NCBI RefSeq assembly: GCF_006345805.1 | Contig: NC_042997.1 | Location: 167,586,001-167,650,000 of the forward strand | Direction of reading: 5' to 3' | DNA length: 64,000 nucleotides | DNA from: Octopus sinensis | Taxonomy: Eukaryota | In this document: one piece after another, positions 23,318 to 35,943 of the stretch | Numbering within the stretch: position 1 is the stretch's first letter | Layout of the letters: each line of letters starts with the position of its first letter | Translations under genes and position numbers: made by a program | Notes under the pieces: generated by a model | Told to the model about the DNA's origin: nothing | The model's database searches: none | Seen by the model: only the letters and a program-made list of their open reading frames with translations

Positions 23318-23727
23318 TCAACATCAGTGTCCACTTTTCCATGCTTGCACGCATCAGATGAAATTTGTTGAGCAGATTTTCTATGGCCAGCTGCCTTTCC
23401 TGTCACCAGCTGTCACTTATTTTCTAGTTAGGTAATATTTCACATTCCAAGGCATATTTTCCATAGAAGACTGGAAACAAACAACATCATTGCTTGTAAG
23501 ATGATGATGTTCTGTTATAACCAATATATGTCAAGACAAAAATACACTCAAACACACACACACACACACATGATAGGCTTCTGTCAGTTTCTGTCTACTA
23601 AATCTACTCAAAGGCTCTGGTTGGCTTGAGACTATAGTAGGAAGCAACTTACCCAAGGTGTTTTGCAGTGAACCTGAACCTGAAACCACATGGTTGAGAA
23701 ACAAGCTTCTCTACCACACAGCCATGC
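23318..23727 (-). mobile_element. SINE type D
   Basis: Type A-like head at the right end, RTE-like tail at the left end. Confidence 0.7.
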
Positions 23728-24193
23728 TAGCATCTGATAGCCAATATCTTTGGATGAGCTTGATACAGAAAACATCAGGGTTAAATACCCCAATGAAATT
23801 ATTATACATCAAGACACTTTTGCCTGTTCCTTTATCTTGCTTTAACTTCTCAATACCTGGCACAAAGCCACTCCCCCCTCTACTACATTCACACTCAATT
23901 GAGGTGGCTTTTTTCTTTGTTCTGCAAGTTACTTGTGGCAGCTTCACTAGTGCTGGTGTCATGGAAAAAGTTCCTGGTATTCTCTGAAAACTGATTGGTA
24001 TTAGCAAAATCATCCAACCATAAAAAGCATGCCAAAGCAGACATAGGAGCTCAATGCAGTTCTCTGTTTTATTGGATTCTCTCAAACAGTATTATTTGTG
24101 CCAGTATGGAAAACTGGCATTAAAGATGATGGTAATGGTGGTGATGCTGGTGGTGGCATCAGTGATTTATTTATTTACAAAATCTACTGTAAT

Positions 24194-24232
24194 TACTAAT
24201 TTCCATTATTTTTCCTTCTTTTCTCTTTTCAG
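24194..24232 (+). promoter_or_regulatory. 3' splice site of the Kelch-gene exon
   Basis: Branch-point-like tactaat at 24194-24200, about 30-nt polypyrimidine tract, then CAG ending at 24232; frame stays open from 24233 to the ATG. Confidence 0.75.
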
Positions 24233-24295
24233 TCAGCCTCTTCGGAAGATTCCATTTACAACTGCAAAAACTTAAACATAAATAATATACCAGCA

Positions 24296-26020
24296 ATGGA
24301 TTGTATGAAGATTTCTCAAAACAAAATCAAATATCTAAATAAAAACTACCAGAAGTTTCCGCACAAGATCTATGATTCAAAATGTGACATTAAGTTGTCT
24401 GTTGGCGGGACAAGTTTCCGAGTGCATAAACAGGTTCTTTCTGAAGCCAGCGATTACTTTTCGGCTATGTTCCACCATGATATGAAGGAAAAAGAACAAG
24501 ATGCTATTGAAATTAAAGATATCAGTCCCAAGGGATTTTCTGCAATCTTAGACTACTTCTACCATGGTAATATTACAATTTGTCCAGAAAACATTGAAGA
24601 TGTCTTAGAAGTAGCTCGATTCTTCCAAGCTGACTGGATTGTTGATGTGTGCTGCAACTTCCTGGTAGAATATATGAGTTTAGAAAATTATACATATGTA
24701 CAAAACCTAGCAGATAAATATGCTCTTGGAGACTTACAACCTGATATTCTTCAAGTACTTGCTTTAAGTATTAATGAGTTAGTAGAGCAGCCCAAGTTCT
24801 TACAGAATCTTCCGGAAAACCTCCTCTTAGCATTTCTTCAATGTGATGTATATGTGGAAGCCCATGAACATTTCCTTTTTAAAATTATCCTTGATTGGGT
24901 TGATGAAGATCCTTGCACTCGCAAACCTTCTCTGCTGCCACTTCTTAAAGAAATACGATTTTCGCTTATGGAGCTTGAAGAACTAGAATCAATTCCTGAT
25001 TTAGTGCACGAGTTTGAAGAAATTCACAATGAGATAGAATTTGCAAAGAATTATGCCTTATGCATCCAAGCACAATGTCTTCAGAATGATGATAAGTTTC
25101 TTCCAAGGGGAGCACACAGTGTATTGGCCATGATTTTCTTTCCGGATGACATATGCACAAATATTGCTTACAAAGATCTAGATAACCCTGGACTTTGTGT
25201 TGAAGAATTAGATTCTCCTCTGCACATTCGATATGAGCATACAAGAGAAACAGTGCTTGGAAACTTTTTGTTTGTTGCTGGAGGTTATACTACCAATTAT
25301 TGCAGTTCGAATTGTGTGTTTATGTATGACCCTCGCTTTAGAACTTGGACCGAAATTGCTTCAATGCAAAACCCTCGAGTTTCTTTTGCAATGTGCAGCT
25401 CTGACCACAATCTGTTTGTTTTGGGTGGCATCAACCATATGTTTGTAGACAACAATGAAGTGGAAGTTATTCTCCAAAACTGTGAGATGTATTTCCCCGA
25501 AGAAAATATTTGGGTGGCTATTCCTGACTTACCTCTTGGTATATTTGATCATGCCAGTGCCTTTGCTAATGACTGTTTGTACTGTAGTGGTGGCATTACA
25601 GATAATCCTGAAAATACAGTACCTGTTCCATTTTTGTATGTCTACAGTTTCAGTACAAAAACCTGGGAAACAAAAGCAGAAATGCTTTACCCTCATCAAA
25701 GGCACTGCATGATGTCTATCGACAACAAGTTATTTGTATTAGGTGGTTACACCCGAGATAATGAAATCGGTTTTAAAGATTGTTTAACAAATGAATGTTA
25801 TGATATTGAAACTAACCAATGGACTGAGATTCTTAGCACACCACCGGAATATGGCCTTCTTCAGTCACATGCAACACAACTTGAAAATAAAATCTATATT
25901 ATAGGTGGTGAAAAAACAAATCTTTATGCCTATGACTTTGAAAAAAATACATTTGAGGAACTGGAATTACTTGATCCTAAGATTCAACGAGTTTCTTGTC
26001 TTGATGTAGCTTATCCATAA
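24296..26020 (+). CDS. BTB-BACK-Kelch protein (KLHL family, probable Cullin-3 substrate adaptor), 574 aa from the first ATG
   Basis: BTB (CDIKLSVGGTSFRVHKQVLSEASDYFSAMF, LDYFYHG), BACK region, and Kelch repeats with GG doublets (FLFVAGGY..YDPRFRTW, LFVLGG, LYCSGG, LFVLGG, IYIIGG); uninterrupted 1.7-kb ORF; kelch spacing reminiscent of the KLHL9/13/22 group, orthology not assignable by eye. Confidence 0.95.
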   Translation: MDCMKISQNKIKYLNKNYQKFPHKIYDSKCDIKLSVGGTSFRVHKQVLSEASDYFSAMFHHDMKEKEQDAIEIKDISPKGFSAILDYFYHGNITICPENIEDVLEVARFFQADWIVDVCCNFLVEYMSLENYTYVQNLADKYALGDLQPDILQVLALSINELVEQPKFLQNLPENLLLAFLQCDVYVEAHEHFLFKIILDWVDEDPCTRKPSLLPLLKEIRFSLMELEELESIPDLVHEFEEIHNEIEFAKNYALCIQAQCLQNDDKFLPRGAHSVLAMIFFPDDICTNIAYKDLDNPGLCVEELDSPLHIRYEHTRETVLGNFLFVAGGYTTNYCSSNCVFMYDPRFRTWTEIASMQNPRVSFAMCSSDHNLFVLGGINHMFVDNNEVEVILQNCEMYFPEENIWVAIPDLPLGIFDHASAFANDCLYCSGGITDNPENTVPVPFLYVYSFSTKTWETKAEMLYPHQRHCMMSIDNKLFVLGGYTRDNEIGFKDCLTNECYDIETNQWTEILSTPPEYGLLQSHATQLENKIYIIGGEKTNLYAYDFEKNTFEELELLDPKIQRVSCLDVAYP

Positions 26021-26044
26021 AGCATAAGAAACTGCTTATCTTGC

Positions 26045-26368
26045 AATAAAAAAACTTTAATTCATAAGACTCTGATGTCAGTCAAAACTTTCAGCAAGAT
26101 TAACTCCCTGAGGAAATGATTTAACATTAACAGATATCGATTTATGAGATAGTTTACTACTAATTTATTACTAACCAACTTCAGCTTAACATTAACAAAC
26201 TTTGCATTGTATGTGCTGTAGAGGTTAAATCCAAAACAAGTCACTTAGTTCTTGGTTGTAGCCTTTCCACATCATGTATATTTCTTATATTCTTGAGAAA
26301 AAGCAAGAAAGTTGCAACATGCCAGTTTCTCCTCATAAATTTATACTTTTATGTCTGTAAGAAATAAA
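26045..26368 (+). terminator. Candidate polyadenylation signals
   Basis: AATAAA at 26045-26050 and 26363-26368 downstream of the stop; the second is followed by T-rich sequence. Confidence 0.4.
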
Positions 26369-26486
26369 TTTTAACAGATTCCAGTTGAGCAATATAAAGT
26401 TACATTTTGTCATTTTGCTTAAAATTTATATTTTAATTTTTTTTTTTCAGTGAACACTCATATATTATAATTATATTATAATTATT

Positions 26487-29400
26487 CATCATCATCATCG
26501 TTTAATGTCCACTTTCCATGCTACCATGGGTTGACTGAGGACTAGCGTGCCAGGAGGCTGCATCAGGCTCCAATATGATCTGGCAAGGTTTCTACAGCTG
26601 GATGCCCTTTCTCCAAGAGTGGAGTGGGTGTTTTTACATGCCACCAACTATGGGGATGGGCCAGCCATGTGGCACTGGCATCAACCACACTTGAATGATA
26701 CTTTTTATGTGCCACTGGCACAGGAGCCAGTCAAGCGACACTGGCATCGAACCACACTCAAATGGTGCTTTTCATGTTCCACCGGCATGGGAACCAGTTT
26801 GGCAGCACTGGCATCGACCACGCTCGTATGGTGCTTTTTACATGCCACCAGCACGGGTGCCAGTTAGGCAGTACTGGCACAAGCCACAACAATGATTTCA
26901 CTTGACTCGACAGGTCTTCTCAAGCACAGCATGTTGACCAACAATTGAAGGGTATTCTTAAATGGGCTGGTTATGCAACACTGGCATAGGCCACAGCTAC
27001 GATCTCACTTGGCTTACCAGGTCTTCTCAAGCACACCATGTCTCCAAAGGTCTTGGTTGCTTGTCATTGCCTCTGTGAGACCCAACATTCAAAGGTTGTG
27101 TTCACCATCTCATCACAGGTTTTCCTGGGTCTACCTCTTCCACAGGCTCCCTCTACTGTTAGGGTGTGACACTTCTTCTCACAGCTGTTCTCATCCATAC
27201 GTAACACTTGACTGTACCAGTGCAGTCATCTCTCTTGTACACCACATCTGACGTTTCTTATGTCCAACTTTTCTCTCAGGACACTTACACTCTGTCATGT
27301 ATGCACACTGACATTACACATCCAGCAGATCATACTAGCTTCATTTCTTTCAAGCCTATGTATATCCTCAACAGTCACAGCCCATGTTTCACTACTGTGG
27401 AGCATGGCTGTTAGCACATGCATCATACAGTCTGCTCTTCACTCAGAGCGAAAGGCCCTTTGTTACCAGCAGAGGTAGGCACTCTCTGAACTTTTCCCAG
27501 GTTATTCTTATTCTAGCAGCTATTCTCTCAGAGCATCCACCCCCACTACTGACTTAGTCACCGGTGTAATGGAAGCTATCAACTACTTCTAACTTTTCCC
27601 CCTGGCATGTGATGGAAGCTGTTTTCTGCACATTTTCGGTGTTTATTGCTCTTCTGCATCTGCCATGCACAAAAACTATCTTCCTTTGATGTTGCTGCAT
27701 CTCTTTGGTGTCCATAGCTTACACTGGGCACATCTTATGGAGTTTCTACCTACACCTTTTCTACAACTGAGCAGGGCCATCGATAGGGATTTGTGATTTG
27801 TCTGCCTTCATACTTACTAAGACTTCGATTTTTACTAGATTGACACTAAGGCCCTTCGATTCTAGACCTTGCTTCCACACCTAGTTCTGGTAGTGACTCA
27901 GCTATTAGAGCAAGGTCATCAGCATAGAGGAGCTCCCAAGGGCATTCTGTTTTGAATTCCTCTGTTATTGCCTGGATTACTATGATGAATAAGAGGGGGC
28001 TGAGGACTGATCCTTGGTGGAGCTCTACTCCTACCAGGAATTCTTCATTATATCGTTCCAAACCCTCACCTTACTAACAGCATCCCTGTGCATGGCTTGT
28101 ACAATTCTCACTAATCACTCATCTATCCCTAGTTTCCACATATACCACAAGATAAGAGATCAGGGGACCCTGTCAAAGGCTTTCTCCATGTCAATGTAAG
28201 CCAAGTACAGAAGCCTATCTTTGGTTTGGAATTTCTCTTGCAGCTGTCTTACCAAAAATAAAGCTTCAGTAGTGCTTCTCCCTGGCAAAACCCAATTTGC
28301 ATCTTGTCTAAACTAACTCTCTCCCTAATTAGTTAGGCTTTGACCCTCTCTTTGACTTTCATCACCTGATCCATCAATTTGATACCTCTGTAATTATTCC
28401 TGTCTAATGCATCAACTTTACTTTTGTGACAGTTGACTATGGTGCTGCTACACCAGTCATTGGGTATGACACCTTCATGTATCACTTGGTTGACTCTATA
28501 GGTGACTAGACTATAGCCTACACTACCAGATATTTTAAGCATCTCTGCAGTGATTTCTGATGGGCTGGGGGCTTCAACTGTCTTCATACCCTTAATTGCT
28601 TTATCTACCAAGGTACTATCAATTTGGATAGCCGGTCCTTCTATTGGATTGACATTTGGCAGACTCTCTTTTTCCCATTTATTCTCTTCATTTAGCAACC
28701 TTTCATAGTGGCGTCTCCAAGTCTCTCTCTTTGCAGCCTCAGTAAATGCAAGTGAGCCATCATCCATGTGGACACATTTCTCTCCTATGACATGACGATT
28801 CTCTCTCAGACACTATCTTGCAACATGAAATACTTCATGTCTTTGGTTCTCATGATGCAGAACATTAGCAATTTTTTTCTTATCTGCTTCCCTTCTGGCT
28901 AAGTAAACCTGTCTCGTAGCTTCCCTTCTGGTGATCTGATACAGCTCCCTGCTACCACCGCTCTTCCAGTTCTTCCATGCCTGTTTCTTTTCCCTAATGA
29001 CCCTATCAACTAAATTGTTCCACCACCACCTTACCTTAGGTTGAGTGGGGACTTTGCACTATCCACAGATCTGGTCAGTAGCCCTCAACAGGCTGTCCCA
29101 TAGGAACCTTCAGTTGTCTTCCACATTATGTAATGTTATATACTTGCAGCGAAACCATCTTGGAAATCTCCAGCACACATGCGCAGAGTTGGATTCTTCC
29201 AGGAGGCTTGCCGGAAGTTCCCTCATGTGCATGCGCAGAAAACTAGCAGCAGCGAAATTTCCCTCATATCGTCCTCTCGAACGCTGGCAGCTGAACAGGA
29301 CAGTCGTGTTTTAACAGCTCTCTCAAGCTGCTACCTCGTGGCATTTTTTCACTATGCTTGAATGGACAGGATTTGGTTCACTCCACTTGACTACTGCAAT

Positions 29401-30720
29401 AAGCTCCTAGGCTACTGATTCGCCCAGAAAGAAGAATGTATATATTGCGAATCAAGAAATAAAATATTTATATGGTTGAAGTTAATCGGAAGTCTTAACT
29501 CTTTCCTTTGATTAATATTTTAATGTAAAGGATGTGAGCTGCACCCATCCAGTGCGGGGACCTCTCATCCTGTTACATACTCCTCTTTTTCATCAAAAGC
29601 TTCAAGTAATATATCTCTAAATCTCTGTCCATTTACAGGATCCTTAAGCTTCCAGGCCCTTTTTCATGCTGGTAATCATCTGGGCAACTATTTAGCCCTG
29701 AACCTGAAATCACTAACCACTAACCTATGTTGTGGGGTGCATTCTTCACCTTGGAAGGTTTTGGCATTTATAAGTAGCCATCTTTCCAATTTCCTGGCAA
29801 GAATATAGTCAATCTGACTCGTGTCTCCACCAGACTGATAAGTGCACACGTGACTGGCAGGTTTCCTGAAGTTAGTATTACAGATCATAAGATCATTTGC
29901 ATCACAGAACTCCAGCAGCCTGGTTCCCTCCTCATTGCGGTAATCAAATCCATAGTTACAATGTACATCCATGGGAGCTCCCTGGATGTTGTCCAACATG
30001 CTCATTGAAGTCACCAGACACAAGGAGAAGGTCCCTATCACTCGTTGACAAAGTAGTCTGCAAGAAGGTGTCATAAAGCCAGTCTTTTTGTTCATCAGGT
30101 AGTCTTGGCAGAGGGGCATAAGCCGAGACAATGGTTGCTAATCCATGTTGCAGTTCTAATCTAAGCTTAAATATTCTACAACAGACTCTGACTACCTCGA
30201 TTACCTTATCAACCCATTTCTCTAACCCCATCAGTGTTTCCTACCCAGAAAATTTTATACTTATGTTCCTTGCCTGTGAAGAACCTAGCAGAACTTCCTC
30301 TCCACCTTACTTCTTGGATGCAGCACAAATCTACAAATCTCCATTCAAGTATCTCAACAGTCTCACCAGACCTACCTTTTAGTGTGCCAACTCTAAGGGT
30401 GTGGAAGATGTGGGCCTGTGAGACCTAGGATGGAGGATAGCAGCATCATGCATCTGAAAAGAAAGCTCACATTTGGCAGACCTTGTAAGCATACAATAGC
30501 CTTCAACCTGCATACACTACATCATCATTTTATGTGCTACATAATCACTACATTCCGTAGGAGATAAACACTAGGTAGGGATGGGGGAGCATTCCGTATA
30601 GTAGGCCATTGGAGGTGCTCAGGAGAAAGACATCCAGAAGGGGTCAGAGGATAAAGACTTCTGATATAGGTGGGGGCAGGAGGAAGGGCACACCACAAAA
30701 TGGCAGAACACTGCCTGCTG
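26487..30720 (-). mobile_element. Near full-length decayed RTE LINE
   Basis: APE start (GTLKGRSGETVEILEWRFVDLCCIQEVR), RT motifs (HQGSVLSPLLFII, LLYADDLAL), 3' UTR and (GAT)n tail; many stops and frameshifts; 5' limit approximate. Confidence 0.9.
29129..29577 (+). mobile_element. Solo-LTR-like insertion (449 bp) inside the RTE
   Basis: TGTAAT...GTTACA ends, internal AATAAA near 29457, interrupts otherwise collinear RTE sequence, TA on both flanks. Confidence 0.7.
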
Positions 30721-31217
30721 ATGTGAAAGAATAACGATAATAATTATTATAAAGAGCACTATAGAGTAAAATAGAATTGGACATTTGCATTCTTAACTAT
30801 AGCTATAACCTACAGTATGAAGTTAGCCAAACTGTGACAAAATTAGATAAATTAATGAATAACAATAATAAATGAGCATGAGAGTGGGGGAGAATTGGAT
30901 TGAACATAGGGTTTCTTAAGTTTACTATAACATGCAGCATGGAATACTCGAAACTGAGTGGGTACATAGATAAATAATGAATAATAAAGTAATTATAATT
31001 TGTGCTGTAAAATGAGGTTTATAAATGTCTACTAGGTTGGAAACAAAAAGTCTGACTTCCAATTCATGAGGCAAGATACCAGATATGAGGTAAGGGAATC
31101 TGAATGGAGCTAGTTTATATAGGGTGGGGTGGGGAATGCGGAGATAATGTCGTCATGTTAGGAAAAGCAAGTGGTTAACGGAACTGAGAGAGATAGTCCA
31201 AAAGTATTATTATTACT

Positions 31218-31415
31218 AAGGTGGCGAGCTGGCAGAATCGTTAGCATGTCAGGTGAAATGCTTAGTGGTATTTCATCTACCACTACTTTTGCCTTTCATC
31301 CTTTCGGTGTTGATAAATTAAATGCCAATGAAACACTGGGATCAATGTAATCAACTTGTCCCCTTGCTCCAAATTTCAGGCTTTGTGCCTTTAGTAGAAA
31401 GGATTATTATTATTA
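31218..31415 (+). mobile_element. SINE type H in an (ATT)n tract
   Basis: aaggtggcgagctggcagaatcgttagc head, ATT repeats on both sides. Confidence 0.75.
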
Positions 31416-31789
31416 CTAGCAGAAAGACCAACCTCTGGGCAGTTTTCTGCTAGCCCCTTGATAATATTTTCACATTTGATTTCCAATTCTAATAATTTTT
31501 ATATTCTATGTCTAATTATTTCTTTGTATAATAGCGCTCACTTGCTTAATAAGTATTGCTTTCATTATTTTATCAAAGTCATAATCTCTCTTTTTGAAAC
31601 AAACATCACAGTAGTCTAACAACAGAGGGAGAAGCAGTTTATCAAGTTTTACCTTCCCCTCAAAGCAACATAGAAATTTTAATTCAGCAGCCCTTCTGTA
31701 AGCTTTGCAGTGTGTGTGTGTGAGAGAGACAGAAAGAGAGAGAGAGGAGGAGAGAGAACATTTCAAACAATGAATGAAATAAACATGAA

Positions 31790-32752
31790 ATGAAAAAAAT
31801 TTTACAAATAAAAGACCATTACTACAGATGTATATGCCCCTGACTCTGTTGCCTCATGACATTGGCTTGATAGCTCCAGGTCAATAAGCTTTGATTTTGA
31901 GGAGCTAAGATAAAGTCTTTACTCTCTGTTGTTAGCCCTGAGCTCCATAACCACTGATGGATGTACTTATGGTCTACACCAGCTTGTTTGCTACAGGCCA
32001 CATATTTTCTATGCAGAGGTTTCTGCTCCCACCTATCAACCAATTGTTCAACAGTTGCTGCACTTCCCTCATGCTGTTCAGTCTGGATATTATGTATGAA
32101 CTCAATAGCAAATTTTCTGGTCTCCTTAATGACAGAATCAAGTTTCTTATGCCTCTCATGTTTTAGCATCTATTCATCAGATGTTTCAAAATATTTGGCC
32201 ACTCCATTTGTGATGGTTTTGTAAATAAGTTCAAATTGGATCAAACCTCAACCTCCTTGGGCTCTAGGAAAGTAAAGACAATCTACATCTGCTTTTGGGT
32301 GCTACATTTTATTGCAAGTCAGCAGTTTACATATTTTCTTGTCAAATTTCTTTTATTTCACTGATATTCCAGTTCAACACATTAAAGCTATAAATAACAA
32401 CTGGAACTTCTGAGGAATTTATAGCTAACACCTTGTTACGTACATTTGGCTCATATTTCAGGACTGCTTAAACTCTCCTGTAACATTCCTTTTTGGTGTT
32501 CAATTTCATGCATTCATGTTGAATGCTAGAGCCTTCATTTATTCCTAGGTAAATAAGTTTCTTCCTGCTCAGGTAATTTTATAATTGTGTCAATATCTAA
32601 CAAGACTGAATTTGAGGTATTCAATTTCCCTTCCTGGAAAGTGGCCTTGATGCATTTATCAAGACCAAACTTCATCCTGATGTCATCACCGAATGCTTTC
32701 ACAGCATGTAACAGGCCTTCAAGCTCATTATTGTCTTTGCCATAGAGTTGTT
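31790..32752 (-). mobile_element. R4/Dong-clade RT and post-RT fragment
   Basis: LYGKDNNELEGLLHAVKAFGDDIRMKFGLDKC and KPLHRKY..IHQWLWSSGL..FILAPQNQSLLT. Confidence 0.75.
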
Positions 32753-33822
32753 GTTATTATTATTCCTGTTGACAGAATATTTGTTTCACTTAATTCCATG
32801 AGTTTGAAAAGAATTATTCATCTGTTTTAGATTTTGTTATTGCACTTTTTTGCTGTGCATTTTGTTGCAAAAGTAACCAGAAGGTGGTGCTTTCCATTTT
32901 GCTGGCCTCTAATAGAGCCAAAATGATTTTAAAGAGAAAATATTTACAATCATTTGTAAATTACAATTTTACAAAATGGTAACATGTGAAGAAGAAGAAT
33001 AATAAGAAAGGATGGTAAGAGATGTATAGAGAGAGGTGTGAGAATGGACGAGATCCACCCTGTCCTCGTGTTTACATATAACTTTCCTGCTATAGTTCAA
33101 AGTTCAAAAAAGGAAACAAATGCAAGTTGTAAGTTCAAAATGAAAAAGAAAAACATTTAACACAGCACCCACTGCTTCTACTATTACTTCTGACTATGTT
33201 AGTAATAGCAACAACAATTGCTGTTATGTGTCCAGCTACAGTCGTAAAAACAACAATTTTATTGCCACAAATTGTACAGAAGCTAGAATGAACAGAAGAA
33301 ATATAATTGCATGCAACACCTACATCACTAATAACACTGCCACATTTATTGTAGGCACCAGTACCACCAGAATCAATAGCAGCATCTGTATAAACAAGTG
33401 CAAGCAAACTGCAAAAGGTTTCTTCTTTGTGAGAATAGCTGAATATGTCTTTTTTTAATGTGTACAGTAGTTAAGAATTGGCAGTCGAAAAGAGTCACAT
33501 GCATCTAAGTAGAGAAGTGCTTGAGGGGTCAGTTTTGGAGCAATGTGGACACATAACAAGTGATACAAGACAGCATAGGTGAGATTTTTTCCAGAAGCTT
33601 TTGCACAAAAAGGCACTCCATTGTCCTATGTAAAATAAGATACATTTTGGAGAACATTCTTAGGAATACAATTCTATATTTCTGAGATGAGGAATTTATA
33701 TTATGTACACCATTTACATTAGTCAAACTTATGTCCTCATCTTGATTGCTGTTGAAGAAGGCTCGAGCATAAAACAGCCAAAACATAGTGAAAGCAATGG
33801 GTACTATTCTGACTAATGTAAA

Positions 33823-34216
33823 CTCTTTACTCTTTTACTTGTTTCAGTCATTTGACTGCGGCCATGCTGGAGTACCACCTTTAGTCGAGTAAATCGACCC
33901 CAGGACTTATTCTTTGTAAGCCTAGTACTTATTCTATCGGTCTCTTTTGCTGAACCGCTAAGTTACAGGGACATAAACACACCAGCATCGGTTGTCAAGT
34001 GATGTTGTGGGGACAAACAGACACAAACACACACATACATATATGTATATACATATATACGACAGGCTTCTTTCAGTTTCCGTCTACCAAATCCACTCAC
34101 AAGGTTTTGGTCGGCCCGAGGCTATAGTAGAAGACACTTTCCCAAGATGCCACGCAGTGGAACTGAACCCGGAACCATGTAGTTGGTAAACAAGCTACTT
34201 ACCACACAGCCACTCT
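33823..34216 (-). mobile_element. SINE type A (followed by a type H copy to about 34380)
   Basis: Near-identical to 1341-1733. Confidence 0.85.
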
Positions 34217-34874
34217 TGTGCCCACATAATCCTTTCTTTTCTACTGTAGGCATAAGGCCTGAAATTTTTGGGGCAAGGTAAAGTCAATTACATCAACCCT
34301 AGTGTTCAACTTGATACTTATTTAATCAACCCTGAAAAGATGAAAGGCAATGTCGACCTCAGCAAAATTTGAACTCAGAAAGTGCAAGTACTTAGAAATG
34401 TTCAAGCTTCATAAAGGCATTCATGATTTATAGAAATGTTCAAGGTTAAATTGAGATATTGGGGATTAAGGAAGGATATTTAATGCTTATTAGAATGTTC
34501 AGTGTTAACACACTTATCCTCTTATTTAGTCTTTGGATTGTGGCCATGCTAAGGCACTGCTTTGAAAGGTTTAGTTATTTTTTAAGTTTGGTACTTTTTC
34601 TATTGGCCTTTTGCTGAACTGCTAAGTTACAGGGATATAAACAAACCAACACCAGTTGTCAAATGGTTGTGTGGGGTGAACTCATACACACCCACTCACA
34701 CACATATATGTATGATGGGCTCTTACACAGTTTCTAGATACCAAATTCACTCACAAGGCATTGGTGGACTTGGGTCTATAGTAGAAGACACTTACCAAAG
34801 GTGCCATGCTGTGGGACTGAACCCAGAACCATTTAGTTGTAAAGTGAACTTCTTAACTTCACAACCACAACTGC

Positions 34875-35275
34875 ACCTACAGTTTAATAATCATTACTAC
34901 ATCAGAAAGTCTCGTATTTTGATAGTTTTTCTGTATTTTTTCTGCAGTATTTTTGTTGGAAAAAATTGTGATATCTAACAATGCACATGTGTTTGGTTTC
35001 CTGTCCTTTATTATCATGTCTGGACAGTTTGCCTTGATCTCTTTGTCAGTTTGGGCAGGCATACATCAGATCATTGTAGCTAGGTTATTGTCATGTACTG
35101 TGAATGGAATGTGTTTGTGTCTCCTCTTATTCATTTTCATATCAGTGCTGGCATATTTCCCAGTGGATGTAGCTGCCAACTTGATCATGCCCATGTAAAA
35201 ATTCAGATTTGGCAAGTCCTGGGTAATCGGCGATAACATGGTCATCTGATTCATTTTGTTCGTTGCACATTCTGC
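34875..35275 (-). mobile_element. R4-clade restriction-like endonuclease fragment
   Basis: QTDKEIKANCPDMIIKDRKPNTCALLDITI matches the RLE motif (ANRPDIIIKD..LIDV). Confidence 0.7.
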
Positions 35276-35384
35276 TTTTGGTGTTAGGATCCATTTTCAT
35301 TATTCTTATAATTGTGTGTGACTAAACATTGATCTTGTGCATCATCATCAACATCATCGTCATCATCATTATTATTATCAAAAA

Positions 35385-35943
35385 GGCAGTGAGCTGGCAG
35401 AATCATTAGCATGCCTGGCAAAATGCTTAGTAGCAGCATTTCAGCCATCTTTACGTCCTGAGTTCAAGTTCCACCGAGGTCAACTTTGCCTTTCATCCTT
35501 TTGGGGTTGATGAAAATAAATACCAGTGAAACACTGGGGTCAATTTAATCAATTAGTCCCCTTCCTCAACATTTCAGGCTTTGTGCCTAGAGTAGAAAAG
35601 ATTATTATTATTATTGAGTGAGAGAGCAGTGCATGCTATCAAAGTGACACTGGGGTAAAATATACGAAGCTCAGTATACTCATCATGACTACCCATCTGA
35701 TAAGTGTACACCAGGCATATGCATCACAATCATATGTGCACGACATGGTAATCTCATATCAAGATAAACAGCACATGACCTTGCAGGTGGGGCTCAGTTA
35801 GAATTTTTTCTGATCGAGTAGCCCATCCCGCTCAAAAGATCCCTGAATAAGGATTGTTTAAGGATGTTGAACGAAATACCCATGTTATCAAAGGTGAATT
35901 ATCCAAACCTCTAAGAATTCCTTTCAACACATGGCTATGATGC
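35385..35943. mobile_element. SINE type H (+, 35385-35605) followed by a LINE-like 3' UTR (-, 35617-35943) sharing an (ATT)n tract
   Basis: Type H head and tail; the second element terminates in (AAT)n on the minus strand. Confidence 0.6.

Noticed and set aside
23711-24085. 124-aa antisense ORF upstream of the Kelch exon
   Set aside because: Ends inside a SINE, has no domain features, and its length is compatible with chance
30600-30725. Possible HDV-like ribozyme at the RTE 5' end
   Set aside because: A ttcctc motif and a short ggcag/ctgcc pairing exist on minus, but I could not assemble the nested double pseudoknot; needs the family consensus
31512-31766. 84-aa minus-strand ORF with protein-like composition
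   Set aside because: Starts in a GA/CA microsatellite, has no recognisable motif and no strong acceptor; a homology search would be needed
33135-33407. 90-aa minus-strand ORF
   Set aside because: Degenerate trinucleotide-like composition, no recognisable domain, no convincing splice pair
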